64,000 nucleotides of DNA from the NCBI GenBank assembly GCA_002104895.1, contig MCFG01000170.1:62001-126000 (forward strand), in the 5' to 3' direction. Each line of letters opens with the position of its first letter. Positions within the stretch are counted from its first letter, which is position 1. Shown here piece by piece: positions 61,245 to 64,000 of this stretch. The notes below the pieces were generated by a model. That model was not told the origin of the DNA. It worked only from the letters and a program-made list of their open reading frames with translations, and did no database searches. This DNA comes from Anaeromyces robustus. Its lineage: Eukaryota. Both the position numbers and the translations under genes were made by a program.

Positions 61245-64000
61245 ATATTATTTAATTTAATTATTAATTTTACTTTTAATAAAAAAATAAAATAAATAAT
61301 AACTAATATATTATAATAGAAATATTTTATTTATTTTATTATTTTTTTTTTTAATAAAAAAGAAAAAAATCATTTGTTATTTAACCATTTATTTTATAAC
61401 TTTGATAAAATAAAATAAAAATAAAATCATATTATGTTACATTACGTTTAATCTTAAGAACAAGTTAATTTAAAATTTTAATCCTATTATTCATAATTTT
61501 TATTAATATTGTAATATTGATACTATTATTATTATAATATTATATTTTATAGATTATACTACTATTATTGTTATTATTGTTATTAATATTATTAATGTTT
61601 TAGAATTTTTTTTTTTATTAAATATGAAATAAAAATCAATTAACAAAAAGAATATATATAATTAAAAAAAAAGTTTGATCATTGATATTGATATTTTTAT
61701 TTTATTTTATTTAATATTAAAATATTTTAGGTAAAAATAAAAAAAAAAAGAAATAAAAAAAATAGGGTGTTATTTATTGATTTATTTATTTTATAATTAC
61801 ATAACTTTTTTTGTTTAAAAACCAAAAAAAAAGAAAAAAGAAAAAAATGTATAAAAATTAGTATTAATTTTATTTTATTTTTTATTCATGTTTATTTCAT
61901 TTTTCATTTTTTTTTATATTAAATATTATAAAAGAATTGATTACAGTTAAGTTATCAATCATTTTTATCTTTAAAATACTTTAAAATATATAAGTTTAAT
62001 TTTTTAATTATTTATAATTTTTTATAATTTTTTTTTCAATTTTTGCACTTTTTTGATTTTTACAGTTTGAGATAAGGCAACTTTGCAAAGTATATGATTT
62101 AAAATATTTATATTGTTATATTCTTGTATTCTTGTATTATTATATTATTATCATTATTATCATTATTTTTTAATTTTTTTAATCTATATATTCTAATATT
62201 AAGATGATGATAGTAAATATCAATAATAATAATAAATATTAAAAAAGAAAAAAAGATTAAAAAAAAATATATATAATAGATTAAATATCCTTTGTAAAAT
62301 GAAAAAAAATTAAAAAGGTTTAATTTTTTTTTCATTATTCATTATTCAAAAATCAAACATCAAATAATTAATTATTTTTAATATTTTTTTATAATTTTAT
62401 AATCTCATTTCTTATATTTATCCTTAAATACTTTAATAACTTTAATAATAAATTTATTTTATATTTAAAAAAAAAAAATATTTATTAATAAAAATGTGAT
62501 ATATGATATATGATTAATAGGTGTATATATATATAGAATAGATAATATGAATTATCTTATTTTTATTTTATTTTTTGCTTTGTTTTTCACTTTTTTTTTT
62601 ATATATAAAATTATCTCATCAAATTATTTTAAGGATATAACTATATCTATATGTATATAAATATTTTTTTTTTTTTATTTTTATTTTTTATTATTTTATT
62701 TTTTAGCATAAATAATTCAATTGGAAGATAATAAAATCATTTTTTTTTTATTCAAATGATACACCTTATTATATAAATAAAAAATAAATAAAAATAAATA
62801 AATACATAAATAAAAAAAATATTAACTTTTATATAAATATTTATTATAAAATTAGAAAAAAAAATTGTTGGAGAGGAAAATAGAGAAAGAAAGAAAGAAA
62901 GAAAAAAAATAAAAATAAAAATAAAGAATAATATTCATATGATATATTTTTATTTTAAAAAAAAAAAATAAAAAAAAAAATTAAATAAAATAAGTCATAA
63001 ATATTAATTCATTTAATAATAATAATAATCATAATTTTTATTAAATATTTGGAAATCATTAGAGAGAAAAGAAAATAAAAATAAAAATAAAAATAAAAAT
63101 AAAAAGAGAATTTAATTTAGAGGAAGAAAAGAAAAAAAGAAATAGAAAAAATAAAATAAAAAATAAAAAAAGGAAAAAGGAAAAAAGAAAAATAGATATG
63201 AATAAAAAAAAAAAAAAAAAAAAAAAAAAAACGAAATTAAATTTCTCTCTTTCTCTCCTAAAAAAACATTAACTTATAATATAATATTAATATTATCATA
63301 TGTAAAAAATGGTATATAAAATCTATATATAATTTTATAATATATTTATATTTATATATATTTTTTTCTTAAAGAAGATAAAACATAAAAAAAAGTCAAT
63401 AATAAACTACACATTTTTTTTTTATGAATATTTTAAAATAAATTAATTAATTAGTTAATTAAAAAATAAAATAAAGTAAAATAAAGTTAAAATAAAATAT
63501 AAGATAAAATAAAATATAATAAATAAATAAAAAAAAAGGAAAAAAAATCTAATAAATAGATTATTATTATTTTTGTTATGTAAAAGTACTTTGTATTATT
63601 ATTATTATTATTTTAATTTTTAATTTTTTAATTTTTTATGAAATGAAACCATTATTGAATTTCTTTTTTTTTTTTTGTATCTTTCTTTCTTTCTTTTCCT
63701 TTTTAATTTTTTTTTAAATATATAAAATACAATAAAATAAAATAAATAAAATAAATCACTTGTTAAATCCTTATTTTTATTTTTTATTATTATTCAATAT
63801 TAGTTTTTATTTTTTATTTTATTCATTCATTCATTCTCTATCATTTCCATTCCATTCAAAGTTAATTAAAATGGTTTTTTATTTTTAATAAATGGAAAAA
63901 TAAAAAAAAAATAAATTTTATTTATTTATTTTTTTTTTTTAAATTTTAAAATTTATAAAATATTAAATAAAAAAAAAAAAAAAAAATTTTTAAATTAAAA

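Overview
Extremely AT-rich, intron-dense eukaryotic DNA with GT-AG introns, microexons, long homopolymers and microsatellites. The style fits an anaerobic gut fungus (Neocallimastigomycota); this is inference. From left to right: the 5' part of RPS19 (-), then a ~18.5 kb tandem array of six related minus-strand genes (four intact, one with two exons deleted, one decayed pseudogene). I spliced these by hand into ~380-aa secreted LRR / single-TM / short-tail receptor-like proteins, in which every internal LRR is its own exon between phase-2 introns. Next come a ~2190-aa PP1 glycogen-targeting subunit (RVxF + CBM21, +), a YEA4/SLC35B4-type nucleotide-sugar transporter (+), a PGM2-family phosphomutase (-), cytoplasmic dynein intermediate chain (+) and NPL4 with a C-terminal NZF (+). 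The last ~9 kb has no recognisable gene. The standout is the LRR array: one repeat per exon, variation enriched at exposed LxLxxN positions, mosaic copies, LRR copy-number change and birth-and-death decay, as expected of a diversifying surface or immune-type receptor locus. All exon coordinates were read manually, and no database searches were run.
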